Source: Elsinoe ampelina | Taxonomy: Eukaryota | Reading direction: 5' to 3' | Length of the DNA: 64,000 nucleotides | Assembly (NCBI GenBank): GCA_010093995.1 | Contig: ML992517.1 | Coordinates: 200,677-264,676 of the forward strand | In this document: piece after piece, positions 36,183-47,546 of the stretch | How the letters are laid out: each line of letters opens with the position of its first letter | Position numbering within the stretch: the stretch's first letter is position 1 | The notes under the pieces: generated by a model | The model's database searches: none | The model's input: only the letters and a program-made list of their open reading frames with translations | What the model was told of the DNA's origin: nothing | Program-made: the position numbers and the translations under genes

Positions 36183-38697
36183 ATGCTGCAGCGCCAGCTA
36201 TTGAGGGCGGCTCGTCGGCCACAGCGGCTAAGCCGTCTGAACAATTCGAGGGCCTTTGCCACGACACAGCAGCGGCAAGCGGAGGTCGAGATCTTTGTCG
36301 ACGACAAGCCGGTCAAGATTGAAGGTGAGCAGGTACCAGCAAGAAAGAGCAAGGCGATCGATATGAAGACATGGCTATGGAACAGAACGCACGAGCTACG
36401 CCTACCCGGACGACTCTACCAACCAGCCGACTTGCCTCTACTAGGAATTATAGGAACTTCTGCTAACAACTTTACAGCTGGAAGCGCACTCATTCAAGCC
36501 TGTGAAAAGGCTGGCGCTACGATACCACGATACTGCTACCATGAGAAACTCGTACGTCCGCCTTGATATGCACAGCAACGAACGTCCTAACGGAACTAGA
36601 TGATCGCCGGTAATTGCCGTATGTGTTTAGTTGAAGTCGAGAGAGCACCAAAGCCAGTAGCATCATGTGCCTGGCCCGTCCAACCTGGAATGCGCGTCAA
36701 GACCAACTCACCCTTGGTACACAAGGCGCGAGAAGGCGTCATGGAGTTCTTACTGGCAAATCACCCTCTCGACTGCCCTATTTGCGATCAAGGAGGCGAA
36801 TGCGACTTGCAAGATCAGAGTATGCGATATGGCTCAGACCGAGGACGATTTCACGAGCTGGGTGGCAAGCGAGCTGTCGAGGACAAGAATATTGGACCTT
36901 TGGTCAAGGTGGGTTTGTCAAGAGATAGCATGGCTTTGGGGGACTGACGGATACCAGACATCCATGAACCGATGCATTCACTGCACACGATGTATTCGAT
37001 TCGCGAACGACGTTGCTGGCGCTCCCGAACTAGGTTCAACAGGACGTGGTAACGACATCCAGATCGGCACCTACCTCGAGACGGCGTTGGACACTGAGCT
37101 TTCTGGAAACGTAATTGATCTCTGCCCTGTCGGAGCCCTCACATCGAAGCCATATGCGTTTAGAGCACGCCCGTGGGAACTTCAGCATGCTGAGTCGGTC
37201 GATGCGCTCAACGGTCTCGGCTCTGCTATCCGAGTCGACACCCGAGGTCTTCAGGTCATGCGAGTTTTGCCACGCCTGAACGATGATGTCAACGAAGAAT
37301 GGATCGATGATAAGTCGAGATTCGCCTGCGATGGCCTCACAACACAGAGGCTTACCACCCCTCTCATCCGCCGCGACAACCAATTCTTCCCTGCCACATG
37401 GGAGCAAGTTCTTGTAGAAATCTCCGACAAGTTCCAGTCTCTTGCCCCGAAGGCCGACGAGGTCAAATTCATCGCCGGTCATCTCGTCGAGACTGAAACT
37501 CTCGTAGCGGCCAAGGATCTTGCAAACAAGCTCAATTCTGATAATCTGGCTCTTGATCAACCACAAGGATCTGCACCTCTGGCACACGGTACCGATGTCC
37601 GCATCAATTATGCTTTCAACTCGAGGATTACTGGCGTGGAAGAGGCTGATGCTATTCTCATCGTTGGTTCCAACCCGAGATGGGAGGCTGCCGTGTTAAA
37701 CGCGCGCATTCGCAAGCAGTGGCTACGATCAGACCTGGAAGTTGGTCTTGTCGGCGAGGACTTTGCGTCAACCTTCGAGTATGAGAAGCTCGGAAACACT
37801 GCTTCGGACATCAAGTCTGCTCTATCATCAGAATTCGGCAAGAAGCTTGCCTCAGCACAACGACCTATGATCATCGTCGGTTCGTCAGTCGCCGAGCACC
37901 CAGACGGCAAGGCTGTATTTGAGCAGCTCGGCGCATTCATCGAGAAGAACAAGTCAACCATGCAGACACCAGAGTGGAACGCTTTCAATGTCCTCCAGCG
38001 TGCTGCATCCCGAACTGGCGCGTACGAAGTCGGTTTCTCCGTCCCATCCGCATCTACCTCCTCAACTTCTCCTAAGATTGTCTACCTCCTCGGCGCCGAC
38101 GAGATCTCCGCTTCCGACCTCCCCAAGGATGCTTTCGTCATCTATCAAGGCCACCACGGTGACCGCGGTGCCGCCCTCGCCGACATCGTCCTCCCTGGTG
38201 CCGCTTACACCGAAAAGAGCGGCACATACGTCAACACCGAAGGCCGCGTCCAGCTCGGCCGGGCTGCCACATCAATCTACGGCGCCGCCCGTGAAGACTG
38301 GAAAATCCTCCGCGCCGTTTCCGAAGCCATCGGCGCTCCTCTCCCGTACGACGACATCGAATCCCTCCGTGACCGCATGGCCGAAATCTCCCCCGCACTC
38401 CGCCGCTACGACATTGTCGAGCCTGTCAGCCAAGAAGTCTCCACGCTCAGCAAAGTTCAACTGGTAGACGCCAACAAGGGCTCATCAGCGGGCAGTGGGC
38501 AAGTGCTCAAGACGGCGATCGAGAATTTCTTCTTCACGGATTCGATCAGTAGGAGCTCGCCGACGATGGCGAGGTGTAGTGCTGCGAAGGAGAAGAAGGA
38601 TCCGAGGACGAATTTCATGGCCCCGGGGGAGTTGCAGCCTTTGAGTCAGTATCAGATTGGAGGAGGTGAGGGGCAGGCTGCTATTGCTGCGAAGTAG
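36183..38697 (+). CDS. NUO78: NADH:ubiquinone oxidoreductase 78-kDa (75-kDa) Fe-S subunit, mitochondrial, 4 exons
   Basis: Presequence [69 protein letters not shown]. Introns 36325-36477, 36552-36599 and 36909-36957. Confidence 0.97.
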
Positions 38698-39169
38698 ATG
38701 GGAAAGTGCATTGTACATGATAGGCTACCAGGAATGGAACGTTCTTAGTGAAGTGCATATCGCTCTCGTTGCAGCATAATGAAAGACAAATCTCGTCAAA
38801 AATGCAGACTGGGTCGTGGTATGCAAGCAGCAGACATTCAATTGGACATGAATGTACCCGAGGACAGCTCCCATCATGACGCTAGCACCAAAAGAGAAAG
38901 CCGGCGCTTCAGCAAAATACATCTATTAGCTGCGATCCAACTACAGCTTTGCTTTCACCGGAACACCCTGCTATGCATGCCACATTGGCAATCGAATTTT
39001 ACCATGGTCTTCGGGCAAAGTTAGCCTTCGCGCGCGGTTCGACATGTTCCATCGTCTTTGTGAAACGGGACTAGTATGCAGGTGATATACGAGATGACCA
39101 CCTGCGCCGAAGAGGTATCGTCTGTCTTTCCTTCAGCAGCAGTTCTCATCATGTTCCTCAATCACGAGA

Positions 39170-40316
39170 ATGGAGGAAATGCAGGTGAAGGATGCCCGGA
39201 GATCATCATCCCCATCGAATCTGATTCCACGAACAAGGCTGCTACGCGCAGCATTCTCGACATGCTTACTGCTATTTCTATTGTACTCGGTGCTGTCCTG
39301 GTCCAGCAGTCGGGTCCGACCTGACGTCTGGTCTGATCTGGTTCAACATGACATGGCCAACCGTGACTTCAGTCCCAAGGCTCCATCTACCAGCGTCTCA
39401 CTCGACGCCCTCACAGACGACGAGATGAAATCCAACTACGCCTACTCCCTCTACGTCACCGACCAAAACTACCTCTGTCCCGCCGTAATGATGATCGACT
39501 CCCTCAAGACAGTCGGCAGTCGAGCCTCCCGCCTCCTCCTTCACCCTTCCTCATGGACAGACATTCCCTCCCGCACCCCCCTCGTCTCCCACCTCCTCAC
39601 CCTCGCCCTCTCCCTAGGCGCCACCCTCATCCCCGTCGACATCCTCATATCCCGCTACGGCGACCCCACCTGGGCAGACTCCTACACCAAACTCCTCGCG
39701 TTCAACCAGACCAGCTTCACCCGCGTCATCAGCCTCGACACCGACGCCACCATCCTACAAAACCCGGACGCCCTCTTCTCCTTCCCCCTGCACGAGAAGA
39801 CACCGATCGCCGCTCCCCTGGCATACTGGCTGGAAAACCGCACCCTCTCATCGCAGATCATGCTCATCCGCCCTTCCACCGCTGAATTCACCAAGGTCAT
39901 GGCGAAAGTAACCTCCCACGAGCAAGGCGAGTTCGACATGGAAATCATAAACTCCCTCTACGGCTCCACCGCAGGGGTCCTACCACATCGCGAGTGGGAT
40001 CTGTTGTCAGGGGAGTTCCGCCGGCGAGACCACGGGGCTTACCTCGGCCTGGCGGGGGCAGAGGCAGGGGACGAGTGGGATGCGACGAGGGAGTTGGCGC
40101 GGGCAAAGTATGTGCATTTCTCGGATTGGCCGATGCCGAAGCCTTGGATGGTGACGGGGGAGGAGGTGGAGCGGGGGTTGCCGGCGTGTGAGCGGGAGAT
40201 GGGAGGGAGGGAGAGGGCGGGGGAGGCGGAAAGGGGGGATTGTAGGGATAGAGAGGCTTGGGGGTGGTTGTATAGGGATTTTTTTGGAGAGGAGGGGGAG
40301 GGTTTGTGGGAGGTGA
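39170..40316 (+). CDS. GNT1: Glycosyltransferase family 8, Gnt1-like glucose N-acetyltransferase; apparent 1-nt homopolymer frameshift near the 3' end
   Basis: Type II TM anchor; YAYSLYVTDQNYLC, TWADSYTKLLAFNQT, SLDTD, FDMEIIN, YVHFSDWPMPKPW. The family-like ending YRDFLERRGRVCGR* (TGA 40314-40316) needs one T fewer in the T7 run at 40279-40285; as assembled the ORF runs to 40435. Confidence 0.85.
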
Positions 40317-40463
40317 GCGGGAGGGGTGGGAGAGGGGTCAGAGGAGAGGGGAGGGTGGAGATCATTGTGTACATAGCTGTATGTTCCAGATTCTGTCATG
40401 ATATGCATGTCTTCATCATGGTGCCGAAATGCTGAAAGAGTCTGGTGCGGCAGTCTACCAAAA

Positions 40464-43052
40464 TCAGGAGTCCAACGCTGATGCCGCGGCCCTCTTTTTC
40501 ACCTTCGTTTGGAGTTGCCTCCTACTGATGGGTCGTGCGGCGAACGAACCTGGTAATGCACATGGGCCGACGAGGTTCCCAAAGTGGTTCTCGCTCCCGG
40601 CCAGGAATTCCTCGTCGCTGTAGTCTTTGAGCAACCTCGTCTCGTCCCCCCCAGTCTTTGAGGATACGAGAAGCTGCAAGATCTGCTCCAACGAGTCTGT
40701 GGTCTTCGGGATGACCTGCTCGACCTGTCCGGAGATAGTAGAGACGAGGAAACCAGAACTGTTCTCGCCGAGCAGAAGCATGTACAGCGCAACTTGTAGG
40801 ACATGCTGTGGTTGAAGTGTCTGAGAATGCTTGATCTCCCACACCGTCTTCTCATCCCTTTGGACTCCAGAGATGTCCATAGCGCCAATCATCTTGATCC
40901 CTCGTTGACTATGGTTGACAGGTCCACGGATAATGCGAGGGAAAGAGCCTGGTATGATCCGTTCAAATCTGACAGGCGACGTAATGCTAGCGGGTGGCGG
41001 TAAGCTATCCAACAAGTACTTGATATCCTTCACGTGTCGTTCGTCCATCCAGTCGTACCCGTCAAAGGGCAGAGAGAGAAGTTTTGTAATGTCGCCATCC
41101 ATGCTGGCTTGACTCATAGCTGCAAGAAATATGATATCGCTAGTTGTGACAGGCAGACGATTTTGTTTGCGATCTTTTACGCTGGCGACCCGCTCGTAGA
41201 AATGCTGCGGTAGCTCTCGAATGGGCTTGCGATCGGAATTCTGTCGAGAAGGAGGCACTAGAAGCTTGGACAGTTGCTTCAAGAACTCGATACCTTTGAA
41301 TCGCCTCCATTGGTATATCTGAGGTACAGCAGTACCGGTGATAGCTGAGACGCTCTCCAGAAGTCCGTACTTGTCCGTGACCTCGGTCGGAATGGAGGGC
41401 TTGAGACCAAATGTAGGCGGTGCGATCGACTTTACCTCGAGATGTTGCAGGCATTTGGTGAGCAAAGTCTCCGATACGTTCCTGATCAGGGTGGTGACAT
41501 TGAACCTAGGGATCGTAAGACCCTTTGTTTCTACCGCTTGCTGAAGTGCCAATGTGCCAACGACATCGCAGGTGTCGCCGAGGGCGTTTAGGTCGACGAA
41601 TGGGAGTGGCAGGAACCGTTGATCGTGGATGAGTACCAGATGTTCCAGTGCTCGGGTAGCAGCTACATAGAGAGGATTGCTAGCTGCGATAGGCACTTCA
41701 GCGACCTTGTCGTAAAAGCTGTGGTAGCTCTCGTCGAAACCGAGAACGATTGCAGCTTTCCTCTCAATACCCTTCGCTTGATGGTATGTACAGATCAGCA
41801 CTTTGCCACGAGCTACTTCGGGCGCAATGTCGGAGTTGTCAGAATCGGAGCGGTACACTGGAATGCCGCTCAGGGCGAGGTCATTGGCCAAGTACAATGC
41901 TGCAGATCTGCCGCGTACTGAAGGAGCGAGGACGATGACGTCCTCCGGAGTATAACCAGGTATTTGCAAGAAACGACGGACCTCTCCAACGGTATCCCTA
42001 TCAGGGTCGCATATCACGTAGCGCGGCTTCGCGAATGGTTTGCCGTCTGCGTCTCTCTCCTTCACAGCTCGGACAGTGACATCGGAATGGCCAGTCAGCA
42101 AGTGGGAATTTATGAAGTCAACATTGGGTCTCGTAAGTCGGTTGCTATCTGGTATCAGCTGTCATATGTCATCTTTGCATACGATGACTTACGAGATTGT
42201 CTGCGTAATCCGCACCCACGGCTGGTGGTTGACTCTACCGAATAGCTCAGGACGATCTGCGAGTGTAAGGAATCTAGAGTCTGCGTTGTTGAAGCTGTAA
42301 AGTTCTTGTCGACTATCTCCGAGGAGTACCAGTCTTGGACTCAGCATGGCACTCCTATCTCTGCCGGCAGTTGCTCGGTCTCGCATGATCTTGAACACGA
42401 ATCGCATGAGTATTGGGTTCAAATCCTGTTGCTCGTCCATGACCAAGACAGAAAAATCCGGTATTGATTGTCTGTCCAGTGTCTGCATGTCGTCCTGGAC
42501 GATTCGCTTTAATCCCTGATCGGTGGCACATTCGTGCGTGTAGAATCGAGCCCCTAGAGCGTGATAATTCTGGACCACCAGATTGTTGAGTTGAAGTGCT
42601 TCTGCTCTTTCGGCAGTCTCAACCATGAGGCGTGTGTTGTACACCAGTACCAGGAATTTGGTCTCCGGCGCAGCCTGTGCAAGATGTAGAATGGTCGTTG
42701 TCTTGCCAGATCCAGCCACGGCATCAATGATCAGGTTGTTCTGTGTGTGTAGAAGCGTGTCAATCGCAGCCTGTTGCTCTCGTGATGGGACAGGTAGAGA
42801 CGCCTTGGTGCTTGCGTGTCGAAAGAAGGCTCCAGTCGGAATGTTCGCCACCCATCTAGGCCGTGGACTGCGTCCTTCCGAAGTGATCAACCATCTTGCC
42901 GGGACCTTCGCCACCCATCTGGGCTGTGAAATGCTTCCTTTCCAAGTAGCTAGATATGTTGCATTTACACGGCACTGTAAGGAGCCTGACCCTGACCTGA
43001 TAGGGCAGCACCTGATAGATCGAGACGCCAGGACCAGCATAGCTAACGGCAT
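40464..43052 (-). CDS. SF1 (UvrD-like) helicase fused to a C-terminal PD-(D/E)XK-like nuclease, 2 exons
   Basis: Walker A AVAGSGKTT, Walker B VMDEQQD, motif III LGDSRQELY, intron 42192-42145 restoring TISNRL, motif V TYHQAKGIERK, motif VI LYVAATRA; C-terminal GAMDI...WEIKHS...HVLQVALYML. Confidence 0.88.
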
Positions 43053-43567
43053 AACTCAGCGAACGAAGGAATGACCTACCGTTGCTTTGCTTTCATCATA
43101 TTCTCACAGCGTGACAAGACTGCTGAGCCTGGCGCCGTCTCGAACGACAAGGATCAAGCTCCATGATTGCCATGTCAGACAAACACAACAGAGCGCGTTT
43201 GTCGATGAACAACAAGTGTTTGTCTAAGAAAGAAATGCAAGGTTCATCGATGACCGCAAGTGAGCAAGCACGTGCCAGCCCGAGAAGAAACCGACCTCGG
43301 CATCACCGGACCCTGGAGATTGGAGATGGATGATTGTGGAGAGATCTGTATCGCATCTGCATTTCTACATGAACCTCACGTGTCACATCTACACACCCTC
43401 TCGCTACCGCCATTCTCAATCTGTACAGTATCTCACTTGCCGACCCCATCATCTCCAGATCCACGAATACCCACCCATGCTTCCAACCTAAAGCAACCAA
43501 TCCTCGCCCAATCCATCCCACCACTTCCACCCCCCCCGGCCCCCCCTCCCCCCCAACCCAGCCCACC

Positions 43568-44476
43568 ATGTCCGACTCCATCGACCGCGTCTTCGGCCAC
43601 GCCCTCAACACCATCAACAAAATCCGCACTGGCTCCGTCAAACCCCCCGTTTCGGACCGCCTCCTCCTCTACGGCCTCTACAAACAAGCCATGGAAGGGG
43701 ACGTGACCTACATCACCCCCCGCCCCTCGGGCAGCTCCGAAGCCGCCCGCAAAGAAGCCGAGAAGTGGGACGCCTGGAACGCGAACGCGGGGATAAGTCG
43801 CACCGAGGCGAAGAAGAGGTATATAGAGCATTTGATTAGGACTATGCATGCGTATGCGACCACGACGCCGGAAGCGAGGGAGTTGGTGGGTGAGTTGGAG
43901 TTTGTGTGGGATCAGGTCAAGGGGAATTCGCCTGGTGTGAACACGAGTGAGAGTAGTGGGAGTGGGGGACGGTATTTGCCTGGAGGTGGGGCGCAGGGGA
44001 AGGGGTTGAGGGAGGTGGAGCCTGAGGGGCAGGAGGAGGAGGATGAAGAGAGGGAGGAGTTTGTGGATGCGCCGGTGAGTCAGTTTGGGGAGCAGGAGGG
44101 GGAGGGGGTGGAGAAGGGGGAGGAGAGGGTCAAGAGGAGGGTGCCCGTGGGGGATGTAAAGTGGAGGAGGAGGGTGGAAGGGGCGATTGTGAAGATGACG
44201 ACCGAGGTGGCGGCGTTGAGGGAGTTGGTGGAGTCGAGACGGTATATTGCTCAAAAGAGGAGGGGATCGATATTGAGTTGGGTGTTTGGGTTTGGGTGGT
44301 TCTTAGTCAAGTTGGTGGTGGTAGATGTGTTTGTGCTGTGGTTGGTATTATTGTATCTACGGCGGAAGAAGGACAGGCGATTAGAAGGGGCGATAAGAGT
44401 GATGTTGGGTGATGCACAAGCAGTGGCGAAGAATCTGGCGACCTCGGTGCAGAACAAGTTACCCAGTCGAAAGTAG
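43568..44476 (+). CDS. Acyl-CoA-binding domain membrane protein (Atg37/ACBD5-like)
   Basis: MSDSIDRVFGHALNTI...DRLLLYGLYKQAMEGD...EKWDAW...ISRTEAKKRYI ACBP domain, acidic EEFVDAP motif, coiled coil and C-terminal TM segment. Confidence 0.9.
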   Translation: MSDSIDRVFGHALNTINKIRTGSVKPPVSDRLLLYGLYKQAMEGDVTYITPRPSGSSEAARKEAEKWDAWNANAGISRTEAKKRYIEHLIRTMHAYATTTPEARELVGELEFVWDQVKGNSPGVNTSESSGSGGRYLPGGGAQGKGLREVEPEGQEEEDEEREEFVDAPVSQFGEQEGEGVEKGEERVKRRVPVGDVKWRRRVEGAIVKMTTEVAALRELVESRRYIAQKRRGSILSWVFGFGWFLVKLVVVDVFVLWLVLLYLRRKKDRRLEGAIRVMLGDAQAVAKNLATSVQNKLPSRK

Positions 44477-44563
44477 GACAAGAGCAGGACGATATATCAC
44501 GATGTACAATAAATTATGAAGACAAGAGTAGGACATGATACATTTGTTGACTACAAAAAACGC

Positions 44564-45589
44564 TCATGCATCTTTGAACGGGCATCCCTTTGCGCTACTC
44601 TCGGGGCGAGTCTTCTCCTCGATGATTTCCCTCGTGATCTTCATAAGCTGATCCTGCAGCTGCTCGTCATTGGCTTTGTCGCTGCCCTTCTCCACAATCG
44701 CAGGAGGACAGATGTATTGACCAGATCCATTAGTCACAGTCGCAGCGTACATGGTACTGCAGGCGCCCTCAAACTGTGTCTTCTGAAATGGCTTCAATGC
44801 CGCAGACATGCCGTACCCGAGTAGTGGATACGCTTCATGAATGTGAGTAGTTGTCTGGGCAGTGTCGACAATACCAGGATGGGTAGCGTTGATGAGAATC
44901 TTTGGATTTTGCGAGTTGAGATGCCTGTGCAGGTATCTGGCGTGGAGCAGATTGGCAAGCTTGCTTCGGGCGTACTGTGCATTCGGGCCGTAGTCTTTAT
45001 TGATCTCCTCGACCGACTTGAACTCGGTATCGGACGGACAGCTCTCGTGTAGGTTGGAGGACAAGTTGACAATGCGAACGGTGTGACCGGCGTCTGCTGT
45101 CTTCTTGAGAGTTGGGAGCAAATGAGACGTGATGACTTCGTGTCCAAAGTGGTTGGTGGCTAGGTGGAGATCGATGCCGCTGTCATTCAGCTGACGAGTC
45201 ATGATACCTCGAGCAGCATTGTTGATCAAAATATCAATCCTGTCGGTCTGAGAAGCAATGTCGCTAGCAACCTTTGCAGCTTCGATCCAATTGGACTGGT
45301 CGTTCTGGATGTAGATCACCTTGTTCCTGGCATCTGCTCCTAGCTCTTCCTCGATCGCCTCTAGAGCGTCTTTGCCTGTCTCCTGCCTGACCGAAGTGAC
45401 GAAGAGCTTTGAGATGCCCTTGCTAAGGAGGGTGTGGGTGCAGCCGTAACCAATACCTTCGGAACCGCCAGTCACGACGGCGACCTTGCCAGAGAGATCT
45501 GGGACATCATCGAGGGAGAAGGTCTTGCTACCAGCAGAGTGAGCTGGACCGGTAAAGTTTTCGGCGAGCTTGTCTTTGACTGCCTGCAT
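44564..45589 (-). CDS. Short-chain dehydrogenase/reductase (retinol dehydrogenase-like)
   Basis: LSGKVAVVTGGSEGIG, LINNAA, NHFGH, VNLSS, catalytic YARSK, HPGIVDT. Likely start MQAVKDKL at 45589. Confidence 0.93.
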   Translation of the reverse strand: MQAVKDKLAENFTGPAHSAGSKTFSLDDVPDLSGKVAVVTGGSEGIGYGCTHTLLSKGISKLFVTSVRQETGKDALEAIEEELGADARNKVIYIQNDQSNWIEAAKVASDIASQTDRIDILINNAARGIMTRQLNDSGIDLHLATNHFGHEVITSHLLPTLKKTADAGHTVRIVNLSSNLHESCPSDTEFKSVEEINKDYGPNAQYARSKLANLLHARYLHRHLNSQNPKILINATHPGIVDTAQTTTHIHEAYPLLGYGMSAALKPFQKTQFEGACSTMYAATVTNGSGQYICPPAIVEKGSDKANDEQLQDQLMKITREIIEEKTRPESSAKGCPFKDA

Positions 45590-46627
45590 AGCTGGGTTTG
45601 TTGTGACTGTCCTTTTGATGGTGAGAGTAGTGATAGATATGGAGGATGGGAATCTGAGAGCGCGTAGAGGCACGCCTAGGGAGATCATATAGTGCTTGTA
45701 GACAGACCAAGTCACATGGCCGTGGAATCTGAGTGGTTAAGAGGGAATGTGCCTGCACATGGCGCTTCATCGCAGTGTCATAGCCATGTCATAACAGCTT
45801 CCGTACCTGGGTGTTGAATCTGAGATCTCACCTCGGCTGATCGTAAAAGCCCAGTATTGTCACGGTAGACGGGAGTCTTCTCCTCATCCATCACCATAAT
45901 GACGAAATATCCATGCTCTTCTCTATGGTCTCGAGAGTGATGAAGAGGTGGTCCTTTGAGAGAGGGAAATTCTCGTCAAGGGCAGCAGATCAACCCGCGA
46001 TTTGGCTTGCGATCGACCCGATCTTATTCACACTTCTGGAATGTCGCCGATTGGATGTTGCCAACTTCATCTTCTGCTCCTCCTTCCCTACATCTTCAAT
46101 TTTCACATATCTTCGGAGTCGTCAATCACATTCGGTCTAGGACTGCATGAAGCGATGAGACTTCTGGTAGTAATCCCCGATCTGGGCAGGTAAGATGGTT
46201 CGACGAGGCGGCAGTGAAGAGGTTGCACACTTTACACTGTTCCCGTCGTCCATCTGCTGTGTCGAGCAAGCTGGTAGGATATGCATGAAAATACTACCAG
46301 ACCTCATGGATTCTGGTAGTATCTTACTTCATAACGTGACGTTACTTTGCTCCAGAATCACTTTCTTTTGCGGCTCTATGAACCTACCTATGACCTCTCC
46401 AGCGCGATTTTCTTCCCTATATCTGCTCACATCTTCCTCCAAGCGCACACTTCCACCTACAATATTCCCAGGAGAGCGACTATCCTAGCTCGACTCTTCC
46501 CTCAACAACACATCAAACACCTCTTTCCACAACCAGCTTACCACTCTCTCTATAAAAAGCCCAACACCTCTCTACAAAACAGCTCACCACTCTCTCCACC
46601 AGCCCACTCTCCACCTACCCCACCAAC

Positions 46628-47182
46628 ATGGCCGACAACTCCACCAAGGCCGACAACTCCCCCAACATCTCCTCCGCCAACACCTCCCGGACCGTCTCCC
46701 CCTCACCGCCACCCGCACCCTCCCGACTCTCCCCCAACAACACGCCCCGCCCTACCCCTACGGAGGAGCAGGGACAACAGTCCCGAAAGCGGGCCAGAGA
46801 AGAGTCCTCCGAGTCGCCCAAGACGTCCCCCTCTCCAAAGAGGAACGACTCCGGGGCCGAACTGATCACCGCGCACGACGAGACGGTGATCAAGCAGGAG
46901 TCCGACGGGGACCCGAGCGGCGAGGCGGACGGGGAGGCCGAGACCGACCCCGAGAGAGAGCCCAGCGAAGACGAGGGCGAGGAGGATGCCGGCGACAGCG
47001 AGGAGGACGTCCCGCCCAGCCCTACGACGATGCCTGATAGGGTGCCTGTCGAGGTGCAGGGCCCGGCGCGGTGCCAGTCCTGCGGAGGCTGCCTCCGGCC
47101 GATGTACACGAGGATGCAGACGCATATCCCCGTCTCGCAGATCAGCGTCGTGCGCATCGGGCGGTGCACGTGTTTGCGCTAG
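46628..47182 (+). CDS. Orphan protein: Ser/Pro-rich and acidic disordered region plus C-terminal CxxC..C...CxC motif; may extend past TAG to 47293
   Basis: TATAAAA at 46551, pyrimidine-rich leader, CCAACATGG start context, strong GC3 bias; RCQSCGGCLRP...RCTCLR. Confidence 0.7.
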   Translation: MADNSTKADNSPNISSANTSRTVSPSPPPAPSRLSPNNTPRPTPTEEQGQQSRKRAREESSESPKTSPSPKRNDSGAELITAHDETVIKQESDGDPSGEADGEAETDPEREPSEDEGEEDAGDSEEDVPPSPTTMPDRVPVEVQGPARCQSCGGCLRPMYTRMQTHIPVSQISVVRIGRCTCLR

Positions 47183-47546
47183 GGAGAGGGGTGGATGTAC
47201 GCCTCCTCTCAGCTGAAGACCCGGTACAGGACTGGGCTGGAGGAGGGGCATAGCGAGGGGTTGGTTCACGGTGTTATGATACAGGGACTTTGAAGCCATG
47301 GGATACCGTTACAGGTCTGTCTGAAGGTGTTACGGAGCAAGGATGTACGGATGGATGTATGAATTAGATACCCAGCTTCCATTCGAGGAGCAGCAGGATG
47401 AGACCTGCCATGTTCGATAGCTAGCCAATGCATTCATGATTTTCTTCCGTGACTAATACATCTCGTCATCCCTTCTCTACCTAACCAAGACAGCCCCTCC
47501 ATCCAGACCGCCCTGTCCCGTCGCCCCCCGAACCTCCCCCTCGTCC

